Positions 11,407 through 23,325 of a stretch of 64,000 nt of DNA are shown here, piece after piece. Below the pieces are notes generated by a model, which was given only the letters and a program-made list of their open reading frames with translations, was not told the DNA's origin and made no database searches. Source of the DNA: Heptranchias perlo. Taxonomy: Eukaryota. The stretch lies in NCBI RefSeq assembly GCF_035084215.1, contig NC_090327.1, positions 37,200,001 to 37,264,000 on the forward strand. The letters are read 5' to 3'. Position numbers and translations under genes: made by a program. Positions within the stretch are counted from its first letter, which is position 1, and the number at the start of each line of letters is the position of its first letter.

Positions 11407-12417
11407 AATATACAGCGGTGTTCCCCAGGGGTCGGTATTAGGGCCATTTTTGTTATATATTATTGACCTGGACTTGGGTATAGAGGGTATACTTTCAAAG
11501 TTTGCAGATGACACGAAACATGGGAATGTAGTAAACAACGTGAAGGATAGTAACAAACATCACGAGGATATAGACAGATTGATGAAATGGGCAGACACGT
11601 GGCAGATTAAATTTAATGCAGAGAAGTGTGAAGTGATACATTTTGGTGGGAAGAATGAGGAGAGGCAATATAAACTAAATAGTACAATTTTAAAGGGGGT
11701 ACAGGAACAGAGAGACCCGGGGGTATATGTACAAAAATCTTTGAAGGTGGCAGGACAAGTTGAGAAGGCTGTTAAATAAGCATATGGGATCCTGGGTTTT
11801 ATTAATAGAGGCATAGAGTACAAAAGCAGTGAAGTTATGCTAAACCTTTATAAAATACTGGTTAGGCCGCAGCTGGAGTATTGTGTTCAATTCTGGGCAC
11901 CACACTTTAAGAAGGATGTCAAGGCCTTAGAGAGGGTGCAGAAGAGATTTACTAGAATGGTATCAGGGATGAGGGATGTCAGTTATGGGGACAGACTGGA
12001 GAAGCTGGGGTTGTTCTCCTTACAGCAGAGAAGGTTAAGAGGAGATTTGATAGAGGTTTCAAAATCATGAAGAATAGAGTAAATAAAGAGAAACTGTACC
12101 AATGGCAGAAGGGTCACTAACCAGAGGACACAGATTTAAGGTGATTGGCCATAGAACCAGAGGCGACATGAGGAAACATTTTTTTACGCCGAGGATTGTT
12201 TTGATCTGGAATGCACTGCCTGAAAGGGTGGTGGAAGCAGATTCAATAGTAACTTTCAAAAGGGAATTGAATAAATACTTGCAGGGAAAAAAATTCCAAG
12301 GCTATGGGGAAAGAGCAGGGGAGTGGGACTAATTGGATATCTCTTTCAAAGAGCTGACACAGGCACGATGAGCCCTATGGCCTCTTTCTGTGCTGTAACA
12401 TACTATGATACTATGAT
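11407..12417 (+). mobile_element. Classical CR1 LINE, 5'-truncated, nested in the family-2 LINE
   Basis: GVPQGSVLG, SKFADDTK, LVRPQLEYCVQFWAPH and a tactatga tail. It splits the host motif aaaaagcagga|aaatccaa (KKQDKSN). Confidence 0.85.
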
Positions 12418-13339
12418 AAATCCAACCCAGCCAATTACCGCCCCATCAGTATACTCCCTATCATCAGTAGCGATGTAAGGTGTCGTCCACAGTGCTATCA
12501 AGCAGCACTTACTCATCAATAACCTGCTCAGTTTGGGTTCTGCCAGACTGCTCGGCTCCAGACCTCATTACAGCCTTGGTCCAAACCTGAAGACAAGAGC
12601 TGAATTCCGGAGGTGAGGTGAGTGACTGCCCTTGACATCAAGCCAGCATTCGACCGAGTGTGGCACCAAGGAGCCCTAGTAAAAGGTCAATGGGGATCAA
12701 AGAGAAAACTCTCCGGTGGCTGGAGTCATACCTGACCCAAAGGAACATATTTCTGGTTGTTGGAGGCAAATTATCTCAGCACCAGGAAATCGCTGCAGGA
12801 GTTTGCCAGGGCAGCATTCTAGGCCCAACTATCATCAGTTGCTTCATCAGTCACCTTCCATTTTTCATAAGGTCAGAAGTGGGGATGTTCGCTGATGATT
12901 GCACAGTGTTCAGTTCCATTCGCAACCCCTCAGATAATGAAGCAGTCCATGCCCACATGCAGCAAGACCTGGACAACATCCAGGCTTGGGCTGATAAGTA
13001 GCAAGTAACATTCGTGCCAGACAAGTGCCAGGCAGTGACCATCTTCAACAAGAGAGAGTCCAACCACCTCCCCTTGACATTCAATGTCTTCACCATCACC
13101 GAATCTTCCACCATCATTGGGGTCACCATTGGGGGTCACCATTGGCCAGAAATTGAATGGACTAGCCACATAAATGCCATGGCTACTGGAGCAAGTCAGA
13201 GGTTGGGTATTCTGAGATGAGTAGCTCACCTCCTGATTCCTCAAAAGCTCTCCACCATCTACAAGTCACAAGTCAGCTGCGTGATGGAATACTCTCCACT
13301 TGCAGCTGCAACAACACTCAAGAAGCTCGACATTGAAAA

Positions 13340-13745
13340 GAGGTACGTTAGTGTAGTAGTTTTATTCCTTGACTAATAATCCAGAGACATGGACTAGTAA
13401 TCCAGAGAATTGAGTTTAAATCCCACAATGGCAGTTTAAGAATTTGAATTCAGTTTAAAAGGTAAAAGTTTAGAAGGTAAAATCTGATATCACGAAAAGT
13501 GACCATGTATCTGTCAGATTGTCATAAAAACCCAAATGGTTCACTCGTGTCCTTCGGGAAGGAAACCTGCCGTCCTTACCCAGTCTGGCCTATATGTGAC
13601 TCCAGTCCCACACCAACATGGTTGACTCTTAACTGCCCTCTGAAATGGCCGAGCAAGACACTCAATTATATCAAACATGACAACTAGGGATGGGCAATAA
13701 ATGCCGGCCTTGCCAGTGATACTCACATCCCAAGAATGAAACAAA
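13340..13745 (+). mobile_element. tRNA-derived SINE with family-2 LINE tail
   Basis: Head ggactagtaatccagag...gagtttaaatccc (B-box-like); body and tail as in the copy at 1228-1530. Confidence 0.65.
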
Positions 13746-15069
13746 ACCCCATCCAGGACAAAGCAGTCTATTTCATTGACACCCTATCCACTAGCTTAAA
13801 CAACCATTCCCTCCACCACCAGCATACCGTGGCTGTAGTGTGTACTGTCTATAGGATGCACTGTTGCAGTTCGCCAAGGCTTCTTTGGCAGCACCTTCAA
13901 AATCCTACACTATCCTTTATTATCCCTTTTGCCTACTCTATCCTTCATTTCCCCTTTCCCTAATCTGTGATGGAATACTCTCCACTTGCCTGGATAAGTA
14001 CAGCTCCAGCAACACTCAAGAAGCTCAACACCATCCAGGACAAAGCAGCCCACTTGATTGGCACCTCATCCACCACTTAAATATTCACTCCCTCCACCAC
14101 CGGCGCACCGTGGCTGTAGTGTGTACCATCTACAAGATACACTGCAGCAACTCGCCAAGGCTTCTTCGACAGCACCTCCCAAACCCGCAACCTCTACCAC
14201 CTAGAAGGACAAGGGCAGCAGGCGCATGGGAATAACACCACCTCCAAGTTCCGCTCCAAGTAACACACCATCCTGACTTGGAAATATATTGTCGTTCCTT
14301 CATCGTCTCTGGGTCAAAATTCTGGAACTCCCTACCTAACAGCACTGTGGGAGAACCTTCACTACACAGTCTGCAGTGGTTCAAGAAGGCGGCTCACCAC
14401 CACCTTCTCAAGGACAATTAGAGATGGGCAATAAATGCTGGCCTTGCCAGCGATGCCCACATCCCATGAATGAATAAGAAAAATCCTATATATTCCCCAT
14501 TCCCTACTCTATCCTTTATATTCCCCATTCCCTACTCTATCTTTTATATTCCCTTTTCCTTCTCTATTCCTTATATTCCCCTTTCCCTACTCTACTATTT
14601 ATCCACCCCTTTCTCTAATCTTATCGTTTTATTTCCCTATTTTAAATCCTTGTTGCTTCTGTTTCCCACAATGCACCCTCCTCTGGTCAGGAGACCAGGA
14701 TGACATAGGCTCAGAACCTGGCCACAGTATTTCAATTTTGACCCATCATCAACCAGCAGGAGGTGTGATCCAAGCCCTTTTCCCTATTTCCTCCTACCCT
14801 GTCCTCACCCTCAATTGGCAGACCATCCAGAGGTCCTTCTGAGAATTGGTCAGTATTGTCCAGGACTGTATGCATGCAAGTGAACATTTCAAGTCAATGG
14901 GGAGCAAGCAAGGGGAATGGAGGAAATGCAGTTTACGTCATCAACATTAAGAAACCTTTCCACATACAGACAGATTGACACAACAATCCAAATCGCCAGC
15001 CAGCAGAAAATTTAAGATGAAATTTCTTCTCTTCAAGCATTTCAGTTTTAAGCAACTTGATAAGTTTAC

Positions 15070-15195
15070 CTGGTGTCGAGGCCTCCCCACAACAGTGGGA
15101 AACACAGCTCTGGGGGCATCATCCCCTGCAAACCCGGCCTTGATCATCCCAGTTCCATTATCCACAACCAAGGCTGCAATCTCAACATCCCCCAT
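15070..15195 (-). CDS. Actin A coding exon 1 (42 codons)
   Basis: [42 protein letters not shown]; donor CAG|GTAAAC at 15069; upstream acceptor cacag|gttctgagccATG (exon starts at 15205). Confidence 0.93.
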
Positions 15196-16549
15196 GGCTC
15201 AGAACCTGTGAGCGAAGACACAGATATAAAAACACAAAGGGGTTATGTGTGGGGGAGGGAGAGTAGGAAAGAGAGAGACTGGCGATCTCCAGCTCTCTGA
15301 GGGTTTTAACCATCTTCGAAAGCTTTTATTCCTCACAAACTTTTAGCATTAGCTCCATTTGATTCTACATTTTTTGGAACATAAAGTGTAGTGCAGGAGA
15401 AGTCCATTCGGCCCAGCAATCCCACTCCACCCAGAGCCCACCTGTGCTAACTGTACCATGAATCTCCCTCTCCCCTCCCAACCAATGCACGTTAACCTCT
15501 ACTTGAGCAACACTTCTTATAACTCAAAGCTGTAAAGCGCTTTGGGACGTCCTGAGGTTGTGATAGGCATTATATAAATGCAAGTCTTTCTTTAACTCTC
15601 CTGAAAGAAGACTATCAAGCTATGTTGTTAATATCTCTTTGACCCTCAACCCCCATCCTGGATCCAACTCCCTTTTAAAGGTGTCAGTTGAACTCGAATC
15701 AACTGCCTACAGAACAACAGTAACTACACTTCAAAACTGGAAGTGAAGACATGAAAGGTGCTGCATCAATGCATGTCCTTTGTGAAATAACCAGGGCTGT
15801 CAATTAATGTTAACCTCTATACTTCATTTTTTTCTTAAAATTTACTAGCAACATTTAGCTCTTCTTAAATGCCTGAAAAGTTCAATAAGGAGACAAAGAA
15901 AAACATTGAAGAACAGACCAGTTGAAAAAAACTATCAAATATTTTCATCAACCACTCCCTCCAATGCTATGCAAACACACAACTCAACTCATCCCACTCC
16001 AGAAACTTGAACACATAATCTAGGCTGACATTTCAGTACAGTACTGAGGGAATGCTGCACTGAACCAGAGGGGAGATGAGGAGAAATGTTGTTATGATCT
16101 GCCCGAATGAGTGATAGAAGCAGATTCAATAGTAACTTTCAAAAGGGAATTGGATATACACTTGTAAAGGAAAAAATTGCAGGGCAATGGGGAAAGAGCT
16201 GGGGGTGGGGCTAATTGGATAGCTCTTTCAAAGAGCAGGCACAGGCACGATGGGCCGAATGGCCTCCTTCTGTGCTGTATGACTCCATGATTCTATCACA
16301 AAGTGAAAAGATTTGAGTCATATCATTAGCTGAGAGGATGTAAACCAGTGCAGTATTTCAGGTTCTATTGTTGTGCAACTAGTTGTTTGAACAAGGAGTG
16401 CTAGGTCGAGGGTTACAAATTGCATCATTTATACATGTACTCCTTCAAAACTGAGCATTCCAATGCTCAGGGAAACTGGTAGGTAATCAAATACTCACCT
16501 TAATAATACCAATCCCTGTTTATAATGCTCTTATCGACAACAACAACTA

Positions 16550-19500
16550 AGGAACATAGGAACTTAAGAAGTAGGCCATTCAGCCCTTCGTACCTGCTCC
16601 GCCATTTGATAAGATCATGGCTGATCTGTGATCTAACTCCATATACCTGCCTTTGGCCCATATCCCTTAATACCTTTGGTTGCCAAAAAGCTATCTATCT
16701 CAGATTTAAATTTAGCAATTGAGCTAGTATCAATTGCCATTTGCGGAAGAGAGTTCCAAACTTCTACCACCCTTTGTGTGCAGAAATGTTTTCTAACCTC
16801 ACTCCTGAAAGGTCTGGTTCTAATTTTTAGACTGTGCCCCCTACTCCTAGAATCCCCAACCAGCGGAAATAGTTTATCTCTATCCACCCTATCCGTTCCC
16901 CTTAATATCTTATAAGCTTCGATCAGATCTCCCCTTAAACTTCTAAACTCGAGAGAATACAACCCCAATTTGTGTAATCTCTCCTCGTAACTTAACCCTT
17001 GAAGTCCGGGTATCATTCTAGTAAACCTACGCTGCACTCCCTCCAAGGCCAATATGTCCTTCCGAAGGTGCGGTGCCCAGAACTGCTCACAGTACTCCAG
17101 GTGCGGTCTAACCAGGGTTTTGTATAGTTGTAGCATAACTTCTGCCCCCTTGTACTCTAGTCCTCTAGATATAAAGGCCAGCATTCCATTAGCCTTATTG
17201 ATTATTTTCTGCACCTGATCATGACACTTCAATGATCTATGTACCTGTACCCCTAGGTCCCTTTGGACATCCACTGTTTTTAACTTTTTACCATTTGGAA
17301 AGTACCCTGTTCTGTCCTTTTTTGATCCAAAGTGGATGACCTCACATTTGTCTACATTGAACTCCATTTGCCACAGTTTTGCCCATTCACCTTTTTTTTA
17401 ATTTATTCGTTCATGGGATGTGGACATTGCTGGCGAGGCCAGTATTTATTGCCCATTCCTAATTGCCCTTGAGAAGGTGGTGGTGAGCCGCCTTCTTGAA
17501 CCGCTGCAGTCCGTGTGGTGACAGTTCTCCCACAGTGCTGTTAGGAAGGGAGTTCCAGGATTTTGACCCAGCGACGATGAAGGAACGGCGATATATTTCC
17601 AAGTCGGGATGGTGTGTGACTTGGAGGGGAACGTGCAGGTGGTGTTGTTCCCATGTGCCTGCTGCTCTTGTCCTTCTAGGTGGTAGAGGTCGAAGAAGCC
17701 TTGGCAAGTTGCTGCAGTGCATCCTGTGGATGGTACACACTGCAGCCACAATGCGCCAGTGGTGAAGGGAGTGAATGTTTAGGGTGGTGAATGGGGTGCC
17801 AATCAAGCGGGCTGCTTTATCTTGGATGGTGTCGAGCTTCTTGAGTGTTGTTGGAGCTGCACTCATCCAAGCAAGTGGAGAGTATTCCATCATGCTCCTG
17901 ACTTGTGCCTTGTAGATGGTGGAAAGGCTTTGGGGAGTCAGGAGGTGAGTCACTCGCCGCAGAATACCCAGCCTCTGACCTGCTCTTGTAGCCACAGTAT
18001 TTATATGGCTGGTTCAGTTAAGTCTCTGGTCAATGGTGACCCCCAGGATGTTGATGGTGGGGGATTCAGCAATGGTAATGCCGTTGAATGTCAAGGGGAG
18101 GTGGTTAGACTGTCTCTTGTTGGAGATGGTCATTGCCTGGCACTTGTCTGGCACGATTGTTACTTGCCACTTATGAGCCCAAGCCTGGATGTTGTTCAGG
18201 TCTTGCTGCATGCGGGCTCGGACTGCTTCATTATTTGAGGGATTGCGAATGGAACTGAACACTGTGCAATCATCAGCGAACATTCCCATTTCCGACCTTA
18301 TGATGGAGGGAAGGTCATTGATGAAGCAGTTGAAGATGGTTGGGCCTAGGACATTGCCCTGAGGAACTCGTGCAGCAATGCCCTGGGGCTGAGATGATTG
18401 GCCTCCAACAACCACTACCATCTTCCTTTGTGCTCGGTATGACTCCAGCCACTGGAGAGTTTTCCCCCTGATTCCCATTGACTTCAATTTTACTAGGGCT
18501 CCTTGGTGCCACACTCGGTCAAATGCTGCCTTGATGTCAAGGGCAGTCACTCTCACCTCACCTCTGGAATTCAGCTCTTTTGTCCATGTTTGGACCAAGG
18601 CTGCAATGAGGTCTGGAGCCGAGTGGTCCTGGCGGAACCCAAACTGAGCATCGGTGAGCAGGTGCCGCTTGATAGCACTGTCGACGACACCTTCCATCAC
18701 TTTGCTGATGATTGAGAGTAGACTGATGGGGCGATAATTGACCGGATTGGATTTGTCCTGCTTTTTGTGGACAGGACATACCTGGGCAATTTTCCACATT
18801 GTCGGGTAGATGCCAGTGTTATAGCTGTACTGGAACAGCTTGGCTAGAGGCGCAGCTAATTCTGGAGCACAAGACTTCAGCACTACAGCTGGGATGTTGT
18901 CGGGGCCCATAGCCTTTGCTGTATTCAGTGCACTCAGCCGTTTCTTGATATCACGTGGAGTGAGTCGAATTGGCTGAAGACTGGCTTCTGTGATGGTGGG
19001 GATATCGGGAGGAGGCTGAGATGGATCATCAACTCGGCACTTCTAGCTGAAGATGGTTGCAAACGCTTCAGACTTCTCTTTTGCACTCATGTGCTGGACT
19101 CCACCATCATTGAGGATGGGGATGTTTGCAGAGCCTTCTCCTCCCGTTAGTTGTTTAATTGTCCACCACCATTCCGACTGGATGTGGCAGGACTGCAGAG
19201 CTTTGATCTGATCCGTTGGTTGTGGAATCGCTTAGCTCTGTCTGTAGCATGTTGCTTCTGCCGTTTAGCATGCGTGTAGTCCTGAGTTGTAGCTTCACCA
19301 GGTTGGCACCTCATTTTTAGGTACTCCTGGTGCTGTTCCTGGCATGCTCTTCTACATTCCTCATTGAACCAGGGTTGATCCTCTGGCTTGTTGGTAATGG
19401 TGGAGTGAGGAATATGCCGGGCCATGAGGTTAGAGATTGTGCTGAAATACAATTCTGCTGCTGCTGATGGCCCACAGTGCTTCATGGGTGCCCAGTTTTG

Positions 19501-20210
19501 AGCTGCTAGATCTGTTCTGAATCTATCCCATTTACCACGGTGGTAGTGCCACACAACACGTTGGCTGGTGTCCTCAGTGCGAAGACAGGACTTCGTCTCC
19601 ACGAGGACTGTGCGGTGATCACTCCTACCAATACTGTCATGGACAGATGCAATTGCGACAGGTAGATCGGTGAGGACGAGGTCAAGTAAGTTTTTCCCTC
19701 GTGTTGGTTCGCTCACCACCTGCCGCAGGCCCAATCTGGCAGCTATGTCCTTCAGGACTCGGCCAGCTCGGTCAGTAGTGGTGCTACCGAGCCACTCTCG
19801 GTGATGGACATTGATGTCCCCCACCCAGAGTACATTTTGTGCCCTTGCTACCCTCAGTGCTTCCTCCAAGTGGTGCTCAACATCAATATCGCTTTGTAAT
19901 TTTATGTTTCCATCTACACTGCTTACAATGCCACCAATCTTTGTGTCATCGGCAAACGTAGATATGAGACTTTCTATGCCTTCATCTAAGTCGTTAATAA
20001 ATATTGTGAATAATTGAGGCCCCAAGACAGATCCCTGTGGGACTCCATTAGTCACATCCTGCCAATGTGAGTACTTACCCATTATCCCTACTCTCTGTCG
20101 TCTTTCGCTCAGCCAACTTCCTAACCAAGTCTGTAATTTTCCCTCGATTCCATGGGCTTCTATCTTAGCTGACAGTCTCTTATGTGGGACGTTAGCAAAT
20201 GCCTTCTGGA
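16550..20210 (-). mobile_element. Classical CR1 LINE (16550-17391 and about 19884-20210) split by a family-2 LINE
   Basis: ORF 16633-17367 is the CR1 ORF2 C-terminus (FNVDKCEVIHFG, LVRPHLEYC). The upstream part GVPQGSVLGP...FADDTK resumes at about 19884. Confidence 0.9.
17392..19883 (-). mobile_element. LINE family 2, 5'-truncated, young, nested in CR1
   Basis: ORFs 19147-, 18014-18910 (NYRPISLL, QFGFR, LDIKAAFDRV, FADD) and 17459-17995; A-rich tail at about 17392-17406. Confidence 0.9.
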
Positions 20211-20211
20211 A

Positions 20212-22495
20212 CTTGCATTTATATAGCGCCTTTAATGTAGTAGAACGTCCGAAAGCGCTTCATAGGAGCGATTTTCAAACAAAAATTTGACAGTGAGCCA
20301 CTTCTGAAGGCACGGCCGCCAATGGTGGAGCGATTAAAATCGGGGATGCACAAGAGGCAAGAATTGGAGGAGCGCAGAGATCTCAGAGGGTTTTAGGGCT
20401 GGAGGAGGTTACAGAGATAGAGAGGGGCAAGGCCATGGAGGGATTTGAAAACAAGGATGAAAATTTTAAAATTGTGGCGTTCCCGGACCGGGAGCCAACG
20501 TAGGTCAGCGAGCACAGGGGTGATGGATGAACGGCACTTAGTGCGAGTTAAGATACGGGCAGCTGAGTTTTGGATGAGCTCCAGTATATTGAGGGTGGAA
20601 CATAGGAGGCCGGCCAGGAGAGCATTGGAATAGTCAAGTCTAGAGGTAACAAAGGCAAGGATGAGGATTTCAGCAGCAGATGTGCTGAGGCAGGGGTGGA
20701 GACGGGCGATATTACGATGGTGGAAGGTCTTGGTGATGGAGCGGATATGCGGCCGGAAGCTCATGTCAGGGTCTACTAGGACGCCAAGGTTGCAAACGGT
20801 CTGGTTCAGCCTTGGACAGTAGCCAGGGAGCGAGATGGAGTCGGTGGCTAGGGAACGGAGTTTGTGGCGGGGACCAAAGACAATGGCCAGGATTTTGACC
20901 TGGAGCTGGGAAGGGGCCAGGGGGCTCAAATCGCGGACGGGAAACCCGGAAGTAAGAGGAAGTGAAAAGGTAAGTCTTCGGGTAAGTCTTCGATTGTCTG
21001 GGGGGGGATGGGTGGGCACAGCGGGCATGGTGGGCATGGGGCATGGGTGGGCATGGGGGCATCGGTGGGCACAGGGCACCGGGGGGCATGGAGGTCTCGG
21101 TGGGGGGTGGGAGTCAGTCATGGGCGGGGGGAGGTCAGTCAGTGAATGTCAATCACGGGGGAGTCAGTCATGGGGGAGGGAGATCAGGGGTCATGGGGGG
21201 GTCAATCGGGTGTCAGTCACCGGGGGGCCAGTCACCGGGGTGTGGAGTCAGAATTGGGGTCATCGTGGGGGTCCACGATTCTTGAGGGGGGGTCCATGAT
21301 CATTGGGGGGGGGGTCTGAAATCGTTGGAGGGGGATCCGCAATCTTTGTGGGGGTCGTCGCAGGTAGGCTTGTTGGGCCTGGGGAAAGCACTCTTGCTCC
21401 TCCGGGCCCACGAGCTGTGCCAGAAAGGCATTTACTTGCAGTTTCGGGTCTTCTCACCTCCTCTCACATGACGTGAAGGAGAAGGCCCAGGAATCCCGAC
21501 CCCCAGAGGCAAAATCGCAAAACCTTAGAAAATGGAGGCCCGCAGCCTCCTTGAAAGATTTTAGTGACTAACCCGCCTCCTGGGGGCTGGTTGGTCGCCC
21601 ACCCCTTGTCTTGCCCCGGTGAAAACTGGAAATGGGTGAGTTGGGGGCAGGTCTGAAATTGTTGTAATTTTCAATGCCTCCCCACCCCCAATCTACCTGT
21701 TTTTCACAGTTAAAATCTTGCCCAATGGCTTTGGTCTTCCCAGTATTTAGTTGGAGGATATTTGCTCACCCGGTACTGGATGTCAGACAAGCAATGTGAC
21801 AAATGAGAGACAGTGGAGGGGTCGAGAGAGGTGGTGGTGAGGTAGAGCTGGGTGTCATCAGCATACGTGTGGAATCTGACATGTTTTTGGATCATGTCGC
21901 CGAGCGGCAGCATGTAGATGAGAAATTGGAGGGCGCCAAGGATAGATCCTCAGGGGACTCTAGAGGTAACAGTGTGGGAGAAGCCATTGCAGGCGATTCT
22001 CCGTCTATGACCGGATAGATAAGAATGGAACCAGGCGAGCTCAGTCCCACCCAGCTGGACGAAGGAGGAGAGATGTTGGTCGAGGATGGTGTGGTCAACT
22101 GTGTCAAAGGCTGCAGACAGGTCGAGAAAGATGAGGAGGGATAGTTTACCATGGTCACAGTCAGATAGGATGTCATTTGTGACTTTGGTAAGGGCCATTT
22201 CAGTGCTGTGGCATGGGCAGAAACCTGATTGGAGGGGTTCAAACAGGAGTTGCAGGAAAGATGGGAACGGATTTGGGAGGTGACAACACGTTCAAGGACT
22301 GGAGAGGAAAGGGAGGTTGGGGATGGAGCGACAGTTTGCAAGGACAGAGGGGTCAAGGCTGGGTTTTTTGAGGAGGGGGGTGATGACGGCATGTGTATTT
22401 GAAGGGGAGGGGAACAATACCTGAGGAGAGGGAACCGTTAACAATATCAGCTAACATGGAAGCCAGGAAGGGAAGTTGGGTGGTCAGCAGTTATC
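20212..22495 (-). mobile_element. L2 LINE fragment interrupted by a MITE
   Basis: LDLSAAFDTVDH, YADDTQLY, AFVTSRLDYSNALLAGL; 3' end aggcgctatataaatgcaag. Confidence 0.88.
20885..21723. mobile_element. Harbinger-type MITE
   Basis: TIRs ggccaggattttgac / gttaaaatcttgccc; 3-bp TSD aat. Removing it restores the L2 sequence gaccaaagacaatggctttggtc. Confidence 0.8.
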
Positions 22496-22629
22496 TAGAT
22501 TAAAACTGCGTTTTATGACAATTATATTAACCCAATTCAGTTTGTATAAATGGTCTACATCCAAATAAAGCCAGTTAGCAATAACTGCCACTGTAGATTT
22601 AGTATAAACACTATTCTGAATTACTTTTT

Positions 22630-22777
22630 TGCACTGTCGGAGGTGCTGTCTTTTGGATTCATCATTAAACCGAGGACCCCATCTGCCCTCTCAAGTGGTC
22701 GCAAAAGATCCCATGTCACTATTCGAAGAAGAGTAGGTGTGTTCTCCCTGGTGTCATGGCCAATATTTATCCCTCAA
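22630..22777 (+). mobile_element. Deu-domain SINE fragment
   Basis: ttaaaccgagg...aaaagatcccatg...gaagaagag...ggccaatatttatccctcaa, as in the full copy at 42938. Confidence 0.7.
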
Positions 22778-23049
22778 AATGGGACAAGTAAAGAAACAAA
22801 AGAGGGGTCCAGAGGAGGTGTAAATGGTTACAGCAGAATAGCAGAGGGGGAAGAGAAGTGTGGAAAATCTGGCAAAGAGGGGGAGGCTGCCATGGCCCTG
22901 GAATGTGGCGGAGAAAGGTGGGTAGATCTCAGGGGTGTGGACCACCCCGACGGCCGTGTACCGATAGGGGATCCCCAACCCAAGCACCAGCCCACACCTC
23001 CTCCACTTCCTGTGCAGCCACCCTGCACCAGAACCATTGGTTTCTTTAC

Positions 23050-23325
23050 TTGACCCATTACCATCTCCTTTTGCCTTTCACCATCATCCCTTTTGTCATT
23101 TAACCACCCTTGCCCTCCACCCTATTACAGACCTTCCTTTTTGTTCTTTCCTCCCTCCTCCCCCTCTTTTCCCTGGCTCTGTTATTGCTTAAAAGCTGTT
23201 TATCTCTAACATCTTCCAGTTCTGATGAAAGGTCATCGACCTGAAACATTAACTCTGTTTCTCTCTCCCCAGGTGCTGCCTGACCTGCTGAGTGTTTTCC
23301 AGCATTTTCTGTTTTTATTTCTAAA
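23050..23325 (+). mobile_element. Penelope-like element terminal (pseudo-LTR) fragment
   Basis: Pyrimidine-rich tract, hammerhead core, then gctgcctgacctgctgagt...ccagcattttctgtttttatttc. A related remnant lies at about 45705-45780. Confidence 0.65.
23218..23254 (+). ncRNA. Minimal hammerhead ribozyme motif (Penelope-associated), probably inactivated
   Basis: agtt-CTGATGA-a-aggtc-atc-gacct-GAAA-catt-aact: core boxes, 5-bp stem II and stem I agtt/aact present; the stem III palindrome ACGT reads ACAT. Confidence 0.55.

Larger units (their letters stand above)
9950..14480 (+). mobile_element. LINE family 2 (CR1-group, distinct from classical CR1), long decayed copy in the actin A intron; interrupted by a CR1 and a SINE
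   Basis: APE remnants (VGDFNVHH-like), LAKLFQYS.NTGIYPTM, VGMFADD, and the 3' tail gatgggcaataaatgctggcc...catcccatgaatgaataa. Confidence 0.85.

Noticed and set aside
14947-15069. C-terminal half of the 82-aa actin-like ORF
   Set aside because: Intron read-through after the CAG|GTAAAC donor.
19147-20082. 311-aa ORF with RT motifs (GVPQGSVLG, FADD) upstream of endonuclease motifs, resembling a novel domain order
   Set aside because: Chance in-frame junction at about 19883 between a CR1 host and a nested family-2 LINE.
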